Shown: in pieces, positions 1 through 10,715 of the stretch
Layout: each line of letters begins with the position of its first letter
How positions within the stretch are numbered: position 1 is the stretch's first letter
Origin: Longimicrobiales bacterium
GTDB taxonomy: Bacteria > Gemmatimonadota > Gemmatimonadetes > Longimicrobiales > Gaopeijiaceae
Assembly: GCA_965197725.1 (NCBI GenBank)
Contig: CBDANQ010000032.1
Coordinates: 1-64,000, forward strand
Length of the DNA stretch: 64,000 bases
Direction of reading: 5' to 3'
Position numbers and translations under genes: made by a program
Notes under the pieces: model-generated
Databases searched by the model: none
Told to the model about the DNA's origin: nothing
What the model saw: only the letters and a program-made list of their open reading frames with translations

Positions 1-635
1 GCACGAGACGATTCGGCTCGACGTGGGGCAGGGCCTTAGGATGATCCGAGCCGCGGAGGCGACCCGGCACGCGGTGATCGTCGCCTTCTGGGCGGTGCTC
101 ACCCCCCGACAGATCCTCTTTCTGCAGATGCTCAAAGAAGAGGCGTGGCGGATCACGGTGCTGGCGTGGGATCGCGAGGGCAGCGGGAGGGGGCCGGTTC
201 TGCCCGAAGGGCTGGTCGACGAGGTTCGGCTGATGGTGCTACCCGCGCCCGCGCAGGAAGCGGGCGATGGGGAGATGCAGGAAGTGGGTCAGAATCCACA
301 TCGGCCGGCCCGGGATCCGCCCGACCTCACGCAGTAGCCTGGCGTAATAGCGCGGCAGACTGGCAAGCAGACGCAGGCTCCACGCGGGCGCGGGTAGCAC
401 CATCAGCCGAACCTCGTCGACCAGCCCTTCGGGCAGAACCGGCCCCCTCCCGCTGCCCTCGCGATCCCACGCCAGCACCGTGATCCGCCACGCCTCTTCT
501 TTGAGCATCTGCAGAAAGAGGATCTGTCGGGGGGTGAGCACCGCCCAGAAGGCGACGATCACCGCGTGCCGGGTCGCCTCCGCGGCTCGGATCATCCTAA
601 GGCCCTGCCCCACGTCGAGCCGAATCGTCTCGTGC
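1..635. repeat. Fold-back inverted duplication: 1-253 is the reverse complement of 383-635
   Basis: ORFs 23..337(+) and 239..613(-) share an identical N-terminal ~78 aa; arm coordinates sum to 636. Confidence 0.93.
254..595 (-). CDS. Probable glycosyltransferase, N-terminal part only (cut by the fold-back junction)
   Basis: ATG at 595 overlaps the stop of the upstream GT2 (ATGA); ITVLAWDRE motif resembles GT4 N-termini; glycan operon context. Confidence 0.55.
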
Positions 636-1769
636 GCTCGCCCCGCACGGCACGTGCGACCCCCAGACCCGAGGCGAGCACGGACAGCATGAAATAATAG
701 ACCCAGGTGATCGGTCGCACCGAGCGCAGGCCGACGCGGTCCATCAGCCAGCCGACGATCGCGATGGCATAGATCACGAGCTGCCCGCTCAGCAGGATCG
801 AAGCCGGCCGGTCACCTGTCAGCATGAGCCCCACGCTCGCCACGAGTAGGAGCCCCAGGAAGTAAAGCGTGAGCCAGCGAAGAACCTTATGAACCACCAC
901 GACCATCCCCACGGGCCAGACGGATCGCCAGGGCAACTTCCATAGCTCTGCGATCGTGCCCGCGAAGCTCCGCATTGCCATGCGCGTGCGAACCCAAACT
1001 CCGCTCCAGCTTCTTGCTGGGCCTGTTCGATGGCTACCGCGCGCGGTTCGTACACCACACGTGCGCCCCGGCCCGCGAGCTGTATCGGGAGAACCACATC
1101 CTCACTGAAGTCGGGGTTCACCGGCTCGAAGAGCGAACGACGGACGGCCATGCACGCGCCCGGTGCCCAGGCGAGCACATGGAGTGCGCTCTCGAGAGAC
1201 CACAGCATCTGCTCGAACGACCAATAGAAGCTTGTGCCGACGCCAGTCTGGCTCCCTGTGGCGTCCTGCCAGAGCATGCGGGCACCCACGCAGCCCACCG
1301 ACTCGTCGGCGAAATGGCTCGTCATGAGAGTGAGCGCGTCCGGCTGTAGCATCGTATCCGCGTTCGTGAAAACGACAACGTCTCCCGTGGAGAGTCCCAC
1401 AGAGGCGTTCTGTGTAGTAGTCTTGCCCGCTCCTGCGAGGTCGTGTACCCGCACACGTGCGTCTCGGTTTGCAAACGACTGCGCAATCTCCACTGTTCGA
1501 TCGGTCGATCCGTCGGAGGCGACGAGGATTTCCAACCGATCCGCGGGATACTCGAGAGCCAGCGAGTTCTCGAGCTTGCGCTCGAGCACATCCTCCTCAT
1601 TGTGCGCGGCAATGAGTAGAGTCGCGGACGGAGGCGTCCCGCCCTCTACGTCCGCTTCTCGCCGGCCTCGGACCGCAACGAGCAGGTGTAGCAACAGTGG
1701 GTAGCCCACCCAGGTGAGGACGACCAAGGCGATGGTGGCCCACGCGAAAAAAGAGAACGCCATCGTCAC
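592..1769 (-). pseudogene. Family 2 glycosyltransferase, frameshifted near 990
   Basis: LIAAHNEE, ASDGSTDRT and SEDVV in 819..1769; membrane C-terminus (RMAMRS...HKVLRW) continues in the frame of 592..981. Confidence 0.8.
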
Positions 1770-2779
1770 TGGTCGGAGTTGGTCCAGTCGAGCACGACCT
1801 GGATGAATTCGTGGTCATGCGAGGAAACGATGTCGTATGCCGCCGCGAGGTCGGGCGCCGCGACCCTGTGCGTGACGAGCGGCTTTCCCACTACGAGTCC
1901 GGACGCCACGAGGCTCGCGGCGGCGTCGAAGTTCTCACGACGGCTCCAGCGGTTGAACTCGCTCGTCGCCGCGGTGCTTCCGGAGCCGCGCACGCTGTGC
2001 ACGGTGATCTCCTTCGCGAAGAAGATCTCCCCCGAGAGCGAGAAGGGCTCGATGTGAAAGCCGCCCACCACGACCCGCCCCTGAGTTCGCACGACCCGCA
2101 TCGCCGTGTGGACCGCCGAGTCGACACCTGCCCACTCGATTGCGACGTCGACGCCCCGATCGCCGGTACAGTCGAGCACCTGTTCGGTCAGCTCCGGGTC
2201 GGCTGGGTCGAGCGCCAAGCTCGCACCCAGCTCCACCGCGAGCTCGCGCTTCCGCACGGAGCGACTGATCGCGATCACCTCCCCGGCACCGGTGGCGCGC
2301 AGCACCTGGCAGCAAAGGAGCCCGAGAGTACCCATCCCGATCACGGCAACCGCGCCGCCGGCAAATGGGCCCGCACGGTGAAGCGCGTGCAGGTTCGTGG
2401 CGGTCAAGGCGGTCGCAACCGCATCGTCGGGGTCGATGTCGTCCGGGAGCACCGCCCAGTAATCCGCAAGACCCAGAATCGCATGGCTCCCGTGAGGCTT
2501 CATCGCGAAAACGAGCTCGCCGGCCTCGATGTCCACCACCTCCGAGCCCAATTCGACGACCCGACCCACGAACTCGTAGCCCGGGTGGTACGGATATCCG
2601 CGACGCCCGCTCCTGATGGCGGGGTTCGTGCCCTCGTACCACATGCGTTCCGTGCCTGCGCTCACCCCCGTGACGATCGCCTCAGCTCGGACGGAGTCGT
2701 CCGGTAGCACCGGCATCGTCTGGCTTTGCATGTCGATGGAGCGCGGTCCGTCGAGCACGAGGCCGACCATGTCCGGCAT
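1766..2779 (-). CDS. Zinc-binding alcohol dehydrogenase (MDR) family protein
   Basis: GVSAGTE, PGYEFVGRV and Rossmann motif IGMGTLG. Confidence 0.85.
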   Translation of the reverse strand: MPDMVGLVLDGPRSIDMQSQTMPVLPDDSVRAEAIVTGVSAGTERMWYEGTNPAIRSGRRGYPYHPGYEFVGRVVELGSEVVDIEAGELVFAMKPHGSHAILGLADYWAVLPDDIDPDDAVATALTATNLHALHRAGPFAGGAVAVIGMGTLGLLCCQVLRATGAGEVIAISRSVRKRELAVELGASLALDPADPELTEQVLDCTGDRGVDVAIEWAGVDSAVHTAMRVVRTQGRVVVGGFHIEPFSLSGEIFFAKEITVHSVRGSGSTAATSEFNRWSRRENFDAAASLVASGLVVGKPLVTHRVAAPDLAAAYDIVSSHDHEFIQVVLDWTNSDQ

Positions 2780-2877
2780 GGGAACTCGGTCTTGGAAGCG
2801 TGGAGGTGTGTGGGTCCGCCGAGAATCTATGGAAGCATGACCACTGAACCACCCATGGTGCCGTTTCTCGGACCGAC

Positions 2878-4128
2878 TCAGCCGGGGCCAAGGGGCTCCC
2901 GCTCGAAGAACGCTTCACCCCAGAACGACCTGGAGACGAAGTAAGCGATCGCCGCGGTCACGAGCAGGTTCACCTCGGAGCGAGCGAAGTCCATGTTGAA
3001 CATGCCGTGCAGCAGCCACATCACGAGAACGCCGCCGACGATTATCCCGGTTCGGTCACCCAGGTCGACCGACAGCTTGATGTTGCGCACGGTGTATACA
3101 ATCAGGCTGAGCACCAGCGCGCCCCCGATGATCCCGAGTTTCCACCACGCGAAACCGAACAGGTTGTGCACATACGACTTGGTCGTGACCGCCTGGGCAG
3201 AGTTCGTGTAGTTGAGCGCCGCAGAGAAGTCGCCGGACGCACCCCACCCCTCGCCCATCACACCGCCGTACGCCAGAGCGGACCGAAGCTCCGCCACCCG
3301 GTAGTTGACAGCCCAATCCGTGTAGCTGGCTCGCGACAGGAAAGCGACCTCGTACGCATCCGCCAAGCGAGTCTGGGTCAGCGACTGTAGTGGCGTCCAA
3401 GCGAGCAGGATCAGAGCGACCGCGATGAAGCCGCGCTTCACGAGCGGACCCGCTCGCGGCTGAGTGGAGAAGACCACCGCGTACAGGAAAGCGAGTGCCG
3501 CGATCACCACCGGCCCGCGGCTGAGGGAGAGCATGGTGCGCCATAGCAGAAAAGGAAGCACGAGCAACAGTCCCGTCCGCGCGGCCCCGCTGATCGGCAA
3601 CAGGAGCACCGCCAATACCGCCACGATGAGCGCGTACTGGTGGTACACGTTGTGAAATTCCCCCGACACCAAGCGTGTGAGCCGAGTATCGAACGCGTCG
3701 ACCGACGACAGGTCCACGAGCGCCGAGACCACCCCGATGCCCACGAAGAACCACATCGCCACGTGCCACTCACGCTCGCGCCGCAGCGTCAACGCAAAGA
3801 CCGGCAGCAGCGCGAAGGGCGTGTTGCGAGACGCGAGCGCGATAGCCGTACGGTTGTCCCAGCCACCTTCAAGGGATAACAGCATGCCGTAAGCGACGAC
3901 CCCTGCCGCGACCGCCCACACGATGACCGTGAACTTGACGATCGGTGGCATCGTCTGCGCCGCCGAGCGTGCGTGAGACCCGCTCACCAAGCCGATGTAG
4001 ACCGCGAACAGAACCAGCGTCTCGACCACGAACGCCTGCAGGTACACCTCCATCACGGTCGTCTGGCTGCGCACGAGCCCTCCGACCACGAACAGTGCGG
4101 CCAGCAGGAGGGCGAAGAGGGATCTCAT
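2878..4128 (-). CDS. O-antigen polymerase/ligase (Wzy/WaaL-like) membrane protein
   Basis: About 10-12 hydrophobic segments, LSLSRG and late VHN motif; operon context. Confidence 0.7.
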   Translation of the reverse strand: MRSLFALLLAALFVVGGLVRSQTTVMEVYLQAFVVETLVLFAVYIGLVSGSHARSAAQTMPPIVKFTVIVWAVAAGVVAYGMLLSLEGGWDNRTAIALASRNTPFALLPVFALTLRREREWHVAMWFFVGIGVVSALVDLSSVDAFDTRLTRLVSGEFHNVYHQYALIVAVLAVLLLPISGAARTGLLLVLPFLLWRTMLSLSRGPVVIAALAFLYAVVFSTQPRAGPLVKRGFIAVALILLAWTPLQSLTQTRLADAYEVAFLSRASYTDWAVNYRVAELRSALAYGGVMGEGWGASGDFSAALNYTNSAQAVTTKSYVHNLFGFAWWKLGIIGGALVLSLIVYTVRNIKLSVDLGDRTGIIVGGVLVMWLLHGMFNMDFARSEVNLLVTAAIAYFVSRSFWGEAFFEREPLGPG

Positions 4129-4134
4129 GGGCTC

Positions 4135-4821
4135 CTAGCGACGAGACTCTTCTTGAAGCTGTACCTGGCCGGAGGGCAGCCAGTCATCCTCCCCCTGGGG
4201 TGAATGCAGTATCCTCAGCACCGTGCGCACGAGGATGACCAGGTCCGACGTTATCGTGGCTCTCGACATGTACCGCAGATTCGCGGCGATCTTGTCCGGG
4301 ATTACGGTGGATTCGTAGTACAACTCCCAGTCGGCCACACCGTCCAGAATGTCCTCCTCGCCGAGATAGGCCAGTGTTGCCGGATCCGTGATGCCCGGCC
4401 GAAACGCCAGGACGCCACGCTGATCCTCGTCATACGACGCTACGAATCGTGGGACTTCCGGTCTCGGCCCGACCAGGCTCATGCTGCCCGCGAACACGTT
4501 CATGAGCTGGGGCAGCTCGTCGAGCTTCCACTTACGCATCCACCGGCCAACGCGCGTTACGCGCTTATCGCCCGCCACCGTGATCGAGGGGCCTTGGGAT
4601 TCGGAAGCGAACTCCATGGTGCGGAACTTCCAGATCCGGAAGATCTCCCCGCCCCGCCCGACCCGCTCCTGGCGAAAGAAGACCGGGCCGGGCCCGTCCA
4701 GCTTGACCGCGACCGCCACGAGCAGCATCACCGGAAGAAGCGCGACCAGCCCCACGAACGAAAACGCGATGTCCAGGGTTCGCTTCACGGCCCGCCCGAG
4801 CGGAGTCGTCACATGTATCAC
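4135..4821 (-). CDS. Priming sugar transferase (polyprenyl phosphoglycosyl transferase)
   Basis: KRTLDI, FRIWKFRTM, KLDELPQLMNV and MSLVGPRPE; GTG start at 4821 inferred. Confidence 0.9.
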   Translation of the reverse strand: MIHVTTPLGRAVKRTLDIAFSFVGLVALLPVMLLVAVAVKLDGPGPVFFRQERVGRGGEIFRIWKFRTMEFASESQGPSITVAGDKRVTRVGRWMRKWKLDELPQLMNVFAGSMSLVGPRPEVPRFVASYDEDQRGVLAFRPGITDPATLAYLGEEDILDGVADWELYYESTVIPDKIAANLRYMSRATITSDLVILVRTVLRILHSPQGEDDWLPSGQVQLQEESRR

Positions 4822-4822
4822 G

Positions 4823-5986
4823 TCAGTTTCCCACGCAGATGACCTTGCGGATCGCGTCCACGATTCGCTTACCGTCCTCATCGCTCAGCCCCGGATGCAA
4901 GGGAACGGTCACCAGGCGCTCGAAGGCGTCATGCGCCACAGGAAAATCCCCCGTCGTCAGTCCGTACTTTTCTCGGTAGTACGGTTGCACGTGTAGTGGA
5001 ATGAAGTGAACCGAAGTGCCGATCCCCTGCTCGGTCAGACCGTGAACGAGCTGGTCACGATCCCTGCCGAGAACATCGGGTCGCACCCGTATGGGAAACA
5101 AGTGCCAGGCAGGATCGACGCCATGCCTCGCGGATGGCAACTCCAACCCCTCGAGGTCGGCGAGCCCCTCTTGATAAACCTCTACGATCTCTCTCCGACG
5201 AGCCTGCATGCAGTCCAATTTCTTCAGTTGACACATGCCCAGCGCCGCCTCCAAGTCCGTCATGTTGTACTTGTAGCCGGGTGCGACGACCTCGTAATAC
5301 GAGGTCCCCCCCTTCGCGTGACGATCCCACGCCCCTGTCTGGATGCCGTGCAAGCTCAGTACTCGAGCTCGATCCACGAGCGCGGGATCGCCCGTGAGCA
5401 TCCCACCCTCTCCTGTTGTGAGGTTCTTGGTCGCGTAAAAACTGAAGGATGTGAGGTTGGGCGTGGCGCCGACCGTCCGACCCTCGTACCGAGCCGGCAA
5501 CGAGTGGGCGGCATCCTCCACGACTGCGAGCCCGTGGCGATCCGCCATGGCTTGCAGCGTGTTCAAGTCGGCCGGATGGCCACCGTAGTGCACGACCATG
5601 ATCGCCTTCGTCCGTTCCGTGATCGCGTTCTCGACCGCCGTCGGGTCGATGTTGAGCGTGTCCACCTCCACGTCCACCAGCACCGGCCTCGCGCCGACGT
5701 GCTCGACCGCGTTCGCGGTCGAGCAGAACGTCATCGTCGTCACGATGACTTCGTCACCTGGCCCGATGTCGAGCACGATGAGCGCGAGGTGGAGCCCGGC
5801 TGTGCACGAGCTCAGGCCGAGCGCCGCCGGCGCCCCCAGATACTCGGCGAACGCTGCCTCGAACTGGCGGGTGCGCGGTCCGCGAGAGATCCAGCCGGAG
5901 CGCAGGACCTCGGCGACCTCGGCGATCTCCTCCTCCCCAAGGAACGGCGGCGAGAACTCCAGACGCGTGCGGCGATCACCCGTCAT
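4823..5986 (-). CDS. DegT/DnrJ/EryC1/StrS family sugar aminotransferase
   Basis: SSCTAGLHL, VEDAAH and SFYATKNLTTGEGG (PLP lysine). Confidence 0.93.
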   Translation of the reverse strand: MTGDRRTRLEFSPPFLGEEEIAEVAEVLRSGWISRGPRTRQFEAAFAEYLGAPAALGLSSCTAGLHLALIVLDIGPGDEVIVTTMTFCSTANAVEHVGARPVLVDVEVDTLNIDPTAVENAITERTKAIMVVHYGGHPADLNTLQAMADRHGLAVVEDAAHSLPARYEGRTVGATPNLTSFSFYATKNLTTGEGGMLTGDPALVDRARVLSLHGIQTGAWDRHAKGGTSYYEVVAPGYKYNMTDLEAALGMCQLKKLDCMQARRREIVEVYQEGLADLEGLELPSARHGVDPAWHLFPIRVRPDVLGRDRDQLVHGLTEQGIGTSVHFIPLHVQPYYREKYGLTTGDFPVAHDAFERLVTVPLHPGLSDEDGKRIVDAIRKVICVGN

Positions 5987-6021
5987 TCCGTCGACCAGCG
6001 CACGCGCGGAGGAATCCGGTC

Positions 6022-7137
6022 CTAGGCGATTTGATCCTTGTACGCGATCACCTGACGCATCATCGCGGCTAGCACCTCATCGGTCATGTAGGTCGGCTCG
6101 AGGCCGAGGTCGAGGAGCGTGGAATGGGCGGGGTTGTAGTAGTGATCCTCCGCCTCCTTCCGTGGGTTTGGCAAGTTCTGCACCTCGACGGCGAGCCCAA
6201 GCCCGCGTCCGACGCGCTTTATGCGATCCGCAAGATCGTTCACCGAGAAGGTCTCGGTGAACTGGTTCATGACACGCAGCTCGCCTGAATCCGCCGTCGA
6301 ACACAGCGCCAACCGAATGCACTGCATCGTGTCACGCAGGTTGAGGTAACCGCGAACCTGTCCACCGGTCCCATATACCGTGAGCGGGACTCCCGCCACG
6401 GCCTGCACGATGAAGCGGTTGACCACCGTGCCAAAAATGTCGTCGTAGTGGAAGTTGGGGAGCAGACGCTCGTCCAGATTCGACTCATCGGTCGAGAGGC
6501 CGTAGACAGGTCCCTGCATGAGGTCCGTGACCCGCAGTCCGAACGTGCGCACGTAGAACCAAAGCAGATCGGTATCGAGCACTTTGGTGGTGTGGTAGAG
6601 GCTACCCGCCTGACGGGGATACAGGAACGTGTCCTTGCGCCCCTTGTGCTCTATCTCGATCCATCCCTCCTCGATATCGATGTCGGGCGTCCCATACTCC
6701 CCCATCGTGCCGAGCTTCACGATGTGGCAGTCAGGCGCGTGCCGCATGACCGCCCAGATGACGTTGAACGTCGCATTCAGGTTATTCTGGAGCGTCAAGC
6801 GCGCCTCGTCGAAGCCCCGCATCGAGTACGGCCCCGACGGCTGCTCCGCATAGTGAACGATCGCCTCGGGCTTGAATTCCCGAACCATACCCTCGAGGAC
6901 ACGGTAGTCGGCCACGTCCCCGATACGGACCTCGATGCTCTTCCCCGTCAACTGCTCGCAGAGTCGAGCACGGTCTTCCAGGTTCGGGTGCGGCATCAGC
7001 GCTTCGGACGAGGTCTGCCGTGCGATGGTGCGCCGCAGGTAGTTATCCACCGCCATGACCTCGTCACCACGGGCAGCGAGGGACATGGAGGTGGGCCAAC
7101 CCAGGTAGCCGTCGCCGCCCAGGATGAGCGCCCTCAT
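6022..7137 (-). CDS. sqdB: UDP-sulfoquinovose synthase; conserved-looking tail continues past an in-frame TAG to 5983
   Basis: GGDGYLGWPT, HYAEQPSGPYS, VKLGTMGEYGTP, YHTTK, DLMQGPVYG and NPRKEAEDHYYN are typical of SqdB/SQD1/Agl3. Confidence 0.88.
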   Translation of the reverse strand: MRALILGGDGYLGWPTSMSLAARGDEVMAVDNYLRRTIARQTSSEALMPHPNLEDRARLCEQLTGKSIEVRIGDVADYRVLEGMVREFKPEAIVHYAEQPSGPYSMRGFDEARLTLQNNLNATFNVIWAVMRHAPDCHIVKLGTMGEYGTPDIDIEEGWIEIEHKGRKDTFLYPRQAGSLYHTTKVLDTDLLWFYVRTFGLRVTDLMQGPVYGLSTDESNLDERLLPNFHYDDIFGTVVNRFIVQAVAGVPLTVYGTGGQVRGYLNLRDTMQCIRLALCSTADSGELRVMNQFTETFSVNDLADRIKRVGRGLGLAVEVQNLPNPRKEAEDHYYNPAHSTLLDLGLEPTYMTDEVLAAMMRQVIAYKDQIA

Positions 7138-8231
7138 CGTTCCGCCATCTCCCAGATCCGGGTCTGCTCCGCCTCGGCGCTCGCGCCGCTACTTCCGTCG
7201 ACCTCGAGCAGCTCGTGCTCCCGGAGGTACGTGCGGAGCTCTGCGCGCGTCATCGGTGTTTCGTGCGCCGAGTTGTAGGCCTCTTCGACGGTGCCGAGCG
7301 CTTGGGGGTGGACGTATTCGAGCTTGCCTCCCAGCGTGGTCGGCACCACCGGATGGATGACGAAGTGGGTGGGCAGCTCCTCCGCGCGACGGACCTCCTC
7401 TTCGTTGAGCAGCTCTTCCCAGAGCTTCTCGCCCATCTTCGCGCCGATGATCTCGATGCGGATCTCGTCCGGGTCGTGCCCGTACAAGGGCGCCAACTCC
7501 GCGATCATCGAGTGCGCGAGGTCCTCGATCCGCAGGACCCGCATTTTGGTCACGAAGACCTCACCGCCCTGCGCCAGAAAGACCGAGTCCATCGTCAGCT
7601 TCACGGCTTCCCGTAGCGTCATGATGAAACGTGTCATGTCGAGGTCGGTGATCGTGACCGGCCCTCCCTCACGCACCTGGCGGTGGAAGAGCGGAATCAC
7701 CGAGCCCCGGGACCCGAGAACGTTTCCGAAGCGCGTCGAAGCGAAGATCGGTCGTGGGTCGCGCCGCCGGAGGTAGGCCGCCGTGAAGAGGCGTTCTCCC
7801 ATCAGCTTCGAAGTGCCCATGACCGACGTCGGGTTCACCGCCTTGTCCGACGAGGTCAGAATGACCCGCTCGACGCCGTTCGCCTCGGCGGCGTCCACGA
7901 TGTTTTGGGCGCCGAACACGTTGGTCTGAATCGCGTCACGAGGGGATTGCTCGCACAAATGCACGTGCTTGAGCGCCGCCGCGTGCAGAACCGTATCGAC
8001 GCCCTCCACGACACGCTGCAACCGAGCGGCGTCCCGCACGTCTCCGAGCGAGAGCGTGACCAGCGTGCCGAGGTCGCTCGTCTCCTGTTCCAGGAAGAAG
8101 AGCTCGCTCTCGTTGTTGTTGATCCCGATGATCTCGGTCGGGGCCTCCGCAACGAGTTGACGCAGGATCTCGCGGCCTACGGTGCCGCAGACGCCTGTGA
8201 CGAGAACTCTGCGGCCGGTCCAATCACTCAT
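7134..8231 (-). CDS. Polysaccharide biosynthesis SDR, UDP-GlcNAc 4,6-dehydratase family (CapD/PseB/FnlA-like)
   Basis: HAAALKHV, SSDKAVNPTSVMGTSK, TRFGNVLGSRGSVIP and GEKLWEEL. Confidence 0.9.
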   Translation of the reverse strand: MSDWTGRRVLVTGVCGTVGREILRQLVAEAPTEIIGINNNESELFFLEQETSDLGTLVTLSLGDVRDAARLQRVVEGVDTVLHAAALKHVHLCEQSPRDAIQTNVFGAQNIVDAAEANGVERVILTSSDKAVNPTSVMGTSKLMGERLFTAAYLRRRDPRPIFASTRFGNVLGSRGSVIPLFHRQVREGGPVTITDLDMTRFIMTLREAVKLTMDSVFLAQGGEVFVTKMRVLRIEDLAHSMIAELAPLYGHDPDEIRIEIIGAKMGEKLWEELLNEEEVRRAEELPTHFVIHPVVPTTLGGKLEYVHPQALGTVEEAYNSAHETPMTRAELRTYLREHELLEVDGSSGASAEAEQTRIWEMAER

Positions 8232-8421
8232 GAGAGGAGGGCCGGCAGAAGCTGTGCGGGGGGTCGATCATATCGGCGTCGACCAGCCGATCCCTTTTGG
8301 CGTCCGTTGTCAGCACATGCTCCTTGAGAGCCGCGAGTTCTACTTCGAGCCTTTGCCCGAGAATCGGCATAAGGTACTGAGACGAGCCATCGTAGGTAAA
8401 CCGGCAGGGAGCCGCTGGCCT

Positions 8422-9373
8422 CTAGGGCTCGTCGAACCACTCGAGGAAGCCTCTCACACCATCTCGAAACTCCACGCTGGGCTCATACCCCAACAACGCC
8501 CTTGCCTTGGAGACGTCCGCGTGGGTGCGCTCCACGTCGCCCGGCTGCATCGGCTTTTGATCGATGACGGGCTCGACCCCCATTTCCTCACCGAGCACCT
8601 GGATCATCTCGTACAGCGACACGGTCCGGCTTTCGCCCAGGTTGACGATCTCGAAAAGCGGCTCAGCACGCCGGAGCAGATCGATGGACCCGAGGATCCC
8701 CTGGAGGATATCGTCTATAGTACGTGTAGTCGCGCTCACTCGAGCCATCGCCGAACATCGGAATCGACTGCCCTTCGCGAATCAGACGAGCGAACTTGTG
8801 AATGGCGAGATCGGGGCGTTGGCGAGGGCCGTAGACCGTGAAGAAACGAAGGGCCAACACCGACAGGTCGTGCAGGTGATGGTAGGTGTGACACGCGAGC
8901 TCACCGGCGAGCTTCGTCGCGGCATAAGGAGAGATCGGCCGATCCACGACCGAATCCTCCCTAAAAGGGGCGATGTCACAATTCCCGTACACTGACGACG
9001 ATGAGGCAAATATGAGGTGCGGAATGCCCCGCCGTCTCATCCATTCTAGCATCCGCCAGGTTCCGTCCACATTGACGCTCGAGTACAGTTGAGGATCCTC
9101 GATCGACGGTCGCACACCAGCCTTCGCCGCGAGGTGCACCACGAGGGTCACATCGGACGGCACGCTATCCAATGGTACTTTATCTCGGATGTCGCCCTCC
9201 AACATGGAAAACGTCGAAGCCCGCTGAATCGCGGAGAGGTTGCGTTCCTTGATCGACCGGTCGTAGAAATCATCGAAACAGTCGAGTCCGATCACTCGGT
9301 GCCCCGCATGAACGAGACTTTCCGAGAGGTGAGATCCTAGGAATCCAGCGGCCCCGGTGACTAGAATCGACAT
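8422..9373 (-). pseudogene. UDP-glucuronate 4-epimerase-like SDR, +1 frameshift near 8718
   Basis: [24 protein letters not shown] and RFFTVYGPRQRPDLA; RDYTY|IDDILQG is split across two frames. Confidence 0.85.
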
Positions 9374-9380
9374 GGAAGCG

Positions 9381-9755
9381 TCATGGGGCCTCAGGAGACG
9401 CTTCGACTCTCCCGTACCGATCCTCAAGGCGCACCACGTCCTCCGGGTGCGGAGTGGACGCCTCCAAAATGTCCACGTCCGATTGTGCGATCATGCGATG
9501 AACCGTGCCCGTCGTCACGTGGAATCGCTGCCCCGCTTCCATGGGGTAGTCCACGAGCTCGTCGGCTGACGGTCCCGCCTGGAACAGCATCGTGCCGTTC
9601 AGCAGGTAGATGGTCTCGTCCTTTGTCTCGTGGTATTGCAGCGAGAGCGCCTCACCCGCGTTCACGTGCAGGATCTTGCCCACGTAGTGGTCGGTCTCGG
9701 CCCAAATGAGCTCATAGCCCCAGGGTTTCTCGACTCTTCGTGGTCGCTCGATCAT
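9381..9755 (-). CDS. Cupin protein (mannose-6-phosphate isomerase type II C-terminal-like)
   Basis: [20 protein letters not shown] and [11 protein letters not shown]. Confidence 0.85.
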   Translation of the reverse strand: MIERPRRVEKPWGYELIWAETDHYVGKILHVNAGEALSLQYHETKDETIYLLNGTMLFQAGPSADELVDYPMEAGQRFHVTTGTVHRMIAQSDVDILEASTPHPEDVVRLEDRYGRVEASPEAP

Positions 9756-10711
9756 ATCGTGCGGGCTCGCGCGTCGTGACGGGCCAACTGCTGCTCGAAG
9801 AACGGCAGCGTGCGCCGGATACCCTCGCGGATCTCGACCTCCGGCTCCCAGCCGAGGACCTCGCGCGCGACCGAGATGTCCGGTTGCCGGACCTTGGGGT
9901 CATCCTCGGGGAGCGGCAGGGACTCGATCGGGGACTTGCTACCGGTCTCCTGCAACACGATTTGCGCGAGCTCCTCGATCGTGAACTCGTTCGGATTCCC
10001 TATGTTGGTCGGTGCCGAGCGGTCGGAGTGGAACAGCCGGAAGATCCCCTCGACCTCGTCGTCCACGTAGCAAAACGACCGCGTTTGGCTACCGTCTCCG
10101 TACACTGTCAGCGGATCCCCGCGCAGCGCCTGCACGATGAAGTTCGACACGACGCGTCCATCTCCGGGCCTCATGCGGCTTCCGTAGCTATTGAAGATGC
10201 GCACGATCCGCGTATCGACCCCATGATGTCTGTGATACGCCATCGTCATCGCTTCGGCAAAACGCTTCGCCTCGTCATAGCAGCCACGAACCCCGACGGG
10301 GTTCACGGTGCCCCAGTAGGTCTCTGGCTGAGGATGCACGAGCGGGTCCCCGTATACCTCGGAAGTGGAAGCGAGGAGAAAACGCGCACGCTTGGCCAAT
10401 GCGATCCCCAGTGCGTTGTGCGTGCCGAGGCTACCCACCTTCAGAGTCTGAATCGGGATCTCGAGATAGTCGACGGGGCTCGCGGGAGAAGCGAAGTGGA
10501 GGACGCCATCGAGTTCCTCGTCGAAGAAGATCGGCTGCGAGATATCATGCTCGATCAGCCTGAATCCGTCGAACGCTTCCAGAATCGCGGAGTTCTCGAG
10601 AGAACCCGTCACGAAGTTGTCGAGCCCGATGACCTCATGACCCTCTCTGAGAAATCGCTCAGCGAGATGAGAACCGAGGAAGCCGGCCGCTCCCGTGACG
10701 AGTACACGCAC
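9752..10711 (-). CDS. UDP-glucuronate decarboxylase (UDP-xylose synthase) family
   Basis: [25 protein letters not shown] and [10 protein letters not shown]. Confidence 0.92.
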   Translation of the reverse strand: MRVLVTGAAGFLGSHLAERFLREGHEVIGLDNFVTGSLENSAILEAFDGFRLIEHDISQPIFFDEELDGVLHFASPASPVDYLEIPIQTLKVGSLGTHNALGIALAKRARFLLASTSEVYGDPLVHPQPETYWGTVNPVGVRGCYDEAKRFAEAMTMAYHRHHGVDTRIVRIFNSYGSRMRPGDGRVVSNFIVQALRGDPLTVYGDGSQTRSFCYVDDEVEGIFRLFHSDRSAPTNIGNPNEFTIEELAQIVLQETGSKSPIESLPLPEDDPKVRQPDISVAREVLGWEPEVEIREGIRRTLPFFEQQLARHDARARTI

Positions 10712-10715
10712 GCCC

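Noticed and set aside
5983..6024. Genome-wide TAG recoding or pyrrolysine
   Set aside because: TAG ends secA, ffh, rpsP, pilT and others at expected positions; no pyl genes seen
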